A stretch of 64,000 nucleotides of DNA from a virus. Its lineage: Duplodnaviria; Caudoviricetes. Each line of letters starts with the position of its first letter. Within the stretch, counting starts at the first letter, position 1. Of the stretch, positions 61,820 through 64,000 are shown in pieces. The stretch lies in the IMG/VR virus record IMGVR_UViG_3300033066_001190, positions 32,001 to 96,000 of that record. One strand, 5' to 3'. Under the pieces are notes generated by a model, which was not told the DNA's origin, did no database searches, and saw only the letters and a list, made by a program, of their open reading frames with translations. The position numbers and the translations under genes are program-made.

Positions 61820-63521
61820 TGTTTAATACTTTTAATTGTTTGTTAGCAATATAATACAAAATAAGCCTTTCTAACACAAATGTGTGATATGTGTAAAAGT
61901 CTAATCCTGTATATTCTTTCAATTTATCAGCAGGTAACCCTGAAACATAATTAGCATTTTGGGAATATTCTTGATTTTCTTCCATAAAAGCAATAGCTGG
62001 TTTTACCCAATTTTCTACATAATCTTTCCAATATTCAGATTTCATGATGAAAAAGTTAGAATATGTATAATCATGTTTATTATAAACCTTATTTACTTTT
62101 AAGAAAGACAGCACTTTATTTAATAAATCCTCCAATTTAGGATGTTGTTTATAGCTAAACCTCAAATATTCTTCAGTTGTAGACCATTGTCTGTGAGCTA
62201 AATTGATAAAATCATATTCATTGTATTTATTCTCTAAAAACACCTTGTTTAAAAATTTCTGACTGAAGCCTGTTTTTAAATCAAACTTCCAACTAAATAT
62301 TCCTAAATATTCCTTTAACTCTTTATTATCTATAATGTCTATTGTGACATTCCACTCAAACAAATAAGATTTCTGTTCTAACGTTTTTACATGACTATTA
62401 TCATATTTGTTAAATTCTGTAAATTGTTCAGGAGAATATGTAATACCGTAAATATCTATATTGTCTAATTTAATAGACATATCTTTAGTTAATAGGTTTT
62501 CAAACACTTCTTTTAACCCTTCAATCCTTTCATTATAAAGATTATCTTTAGTATTTGTTGTATTAATATGATTTAATACAGCTTTTCTATTTTCTTCCTC
62601 TAATAAGTATAATAGCCATCTTTCATATTCAATGGGTGCATCAGCTTCACAAATGCCTCCTAATTCTTTTCTGCTATATATTCTACTTCCTACAGGAATG
62701 GTATTAGTAATCAAACATTCACTGAGTTTTAAGCTTGATTTACAATAGTTGAACTCAATATCCTCTAAAGGTAATAACAGCACATCTATCTCTTTATAAT
62801 GATCTAAATAGCTTTCTAATGGTAACAAGTCTTTAACAACTACATTTAAATTCTTTTTTACCTTAAATAGTTTAACTACTTCATCCCAATATGCATTCTT
62901 TTGATAGCCACAAATATGAAATTCATAATTACTTGCAATTAAATCATTTTTAGCAAATCTGTTAATAGCTCCTTTTAACTCTAGCCAATCAGGATAATGA
63001 CTAATTGAACCACATATACCCACTCTTATTTTGTCTGATTTGGTTTTTTCAAAACCCTCAATAGGTTCTAAAAAGTTACCTAAAAAAGCTGTATATTGAT
63101 TTATAGGAAGCAAATGCATTCCAATTCTAACAGTGGATGATGTTACAATATCAGCTTCTGAAGCTAGTCTAATAAGATTATCTGCTACTAGTTTAATCTT
63201 TGTAGCATTGTTATAAGAGGGATGTTTTTTACTGTATTGCCAATAATCATCAATATCCATTAAAACCTTTACATTTTTCTCTTTTTTCCATCTAGCTATT
63301 TGTGTAATCTTGTTTTTAATATTCCACAAATACCAAATTACATCGTTTTGCTGTACACTTTCTTCTGGAATAAATCTGTCTTTGTTATCAATTTGGATAA
63401 ATTGAAAATCTAACTCTTTACCATCTACAACAACTCCTTGTAGCTTTTTAGCTGGAATAATCATTCTGTGATAGCAGGAAGCTGATTCATCTACATAGCA
63501 TTTAATTACCTGTTTGTTCAT
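61812..63521 (-). CDS. Two-domain glycosyltransferase (GT-B-like N-terminus plus DUF4422-like C-terminus)
   Basis: YHR..P, DIDDYW, G.ISH..D, PL....FN.CKS.LK..E; C-terminal YSNFFIMK...FVLERL. ATG 63521 preferred. Confidence 0.7.
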   Translation of the reverse strand: MNKQVIKCYVDESASCYHRMIIPAKKLQGVVVDGKELDFQFIQIDNKDRFIPEESVQQNDVIWYLWNIKNKITQIARWKKEKNVKVLMDIDDYWQYSKKHPSYNNATKIKLVADNLIRLASEADIVTSSTVRIGMHLLPINQYTAFLGNFLEPIEGFEKTKSDKIRVGICGSISHYPDWLELKGAINRFAKNDLIASNYEFHICGYQKNAYWDEVVKLFKVKKNLNVVVKDLLPLESYLDHYKEIDVLLLPLEDIEFNYCKSSLKLSECLITNTIPVGSRIYSRKELGGICEADAPIEYERWLLYLLEEENRKAVLNHINTTNTKDNLYNERIEGLKEVFENLLTKDMSIKLDNIDIYGITYSPEQFTEFNKYDNSHVKTLEQKSYLFEWNVTIDIIDNKELKEYLGIFSWKFDLKTGFSQKFLNKVFLENKYNEYDFINLAHRQWSTTEEYLRFSYKQHPKLEDLLNKVLSFLKVNKVYNKHDYTYSNFFIMKSEYWKDYVENWVKPAIAFMEENQEYSQNANYVSGLPADKLKEYTGLDFYTYHTFVLERLILYYIANKQLKVLNIV

Positions 63522-63702
63522 ATCGTTTTCTGTTTCTTTCAAAAATTTGTAAGTCACGAAGATAAATAATTAAATCTGTAGTAGCCATATTTTCTAACTT
63601 CTTTTTATTCCATTGTCCTTCATCAGCTAAATCTCTAAATTTAGCATAACTGACAGGCATTCCTAAGATTTCTTCAATCATTTTTTCTTTGTTATGTTCC
63701 AT
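63502..63702 (-). CDS. Hypothetical protein
   Basis: 66-aa ORF in the operon. Confidence 0.45.
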   Translation of the reverse strand: MEHNKEKMIEEILGMPVSYAKFRDLADEGQWNKKKLENMATTDLIIYLRDLQIFERNRKRYEQTGN

Positions 63703-64000
63703 ATTTCTTTTTTAATTTTTGTGTGTATTCATACATTTTTGGACATTCTTGAGGGTTTGACTCCCACAAAAAATGAATCTGTGGCAAAACTACTAAAATA
63801 TTATCTTTTTCAAAAGCTAAATCAGGTCTTTGAGCTTTAGAAATCTGATGAGAATAACATATTATGTTCTTTTTATAAACTGTCCAAGACATTAATGTAT
63901 CTGTTTCAAAACATCTAACATTTCCATTTCTATCTGCTCTTTCATCCCATATTTCTAAATAAAGCTCAAACAATTTATTTATTCTTTCCTTTTTTTCTTG
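63692..64000 (-). CDS. HNH/NinG-like nuclease (5' truncated by window)
   Basis: C.E......SH..SK...P.L.F...NI.....H; frame is open to the window end. Confidence 0.55.
   Translation of the reverse strand, partial: QEKKERINKLFELYLEIWDERADRNGNVRCFETDTLMSWTVYKKNIICYSHQISKAQRPDLAFEKDNILVVLPQIHFLWESNPQECPKMYEYTQKLKKKYGT

Noticed and set aside
61596-61826. 76-aa Cys-containing + strand ORF
   Set aside because: Antisense shadow of the DUF5522-like gene.
1-64000. Stop-codon reassignment (known in some crAss-like phages)
   Set aside because: Genes are intact and densely packed under code 11; TGA (1976) and TAG (2326) act as real stops.
1-64000. CRISPR array, tRNA, rRNA, integrase or DGR
   Set aside because: No spaced repeats, cloverleafs, recombinase or reverse transcriptase motifs seen by eye.

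Overview
AT-rich fragment of a Crassvirales-like (crAss-like) podophage, probably infecting Bacteroidota: there are no Shine-Dalgarno sites, leaders are A/C-rich and promoters resemble TAnnTTTG. The standard genetic code is used. The + strand (1-57818) carries the late/virion module in this order: portal, scaffold-like protein, major capsid protein, ring/collar proteins and Cys-rich fibre proteins; a lysis cassette (holin-like x2, Amidase_3, spanin-like); a DUF559 nuclease, a metallophosphoesterase, two free-standing GIY-YIG endonucleases, an IHF-like protein, tail tubular and tail stabilisation (muzzle) proteins and a Dps/ferritin-like protein; then six large putative injected cargo proteins, including a 4232-aa virion RNA polymerase (DFDWD) with a zincin domain. 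A small + strand island (Acb2/Tad1-like anti-defence protein, AP2-like protein) comes next, followed by a - strand glycosyltransferase/methyltransferase cluster. Most notable observations: (1) the three last cargo proteins are almost Cys-free except for Cys residues at adjoining termini, suggesting a disulfide daisy chain for ordered ejection; (2) two terminator-proximal 3' UTRs are antisense to the leaders of capsid-operon genes; (3) a c4/CI-like antisense attenuator and a structured non-coding region lie between the lysis cassette and the DUF559 nuclease; (4) a modular cargo protein has tandem ADP-ribosyltransferase-like domains. All family calls come from motif recognition and gene order, not from database searches.
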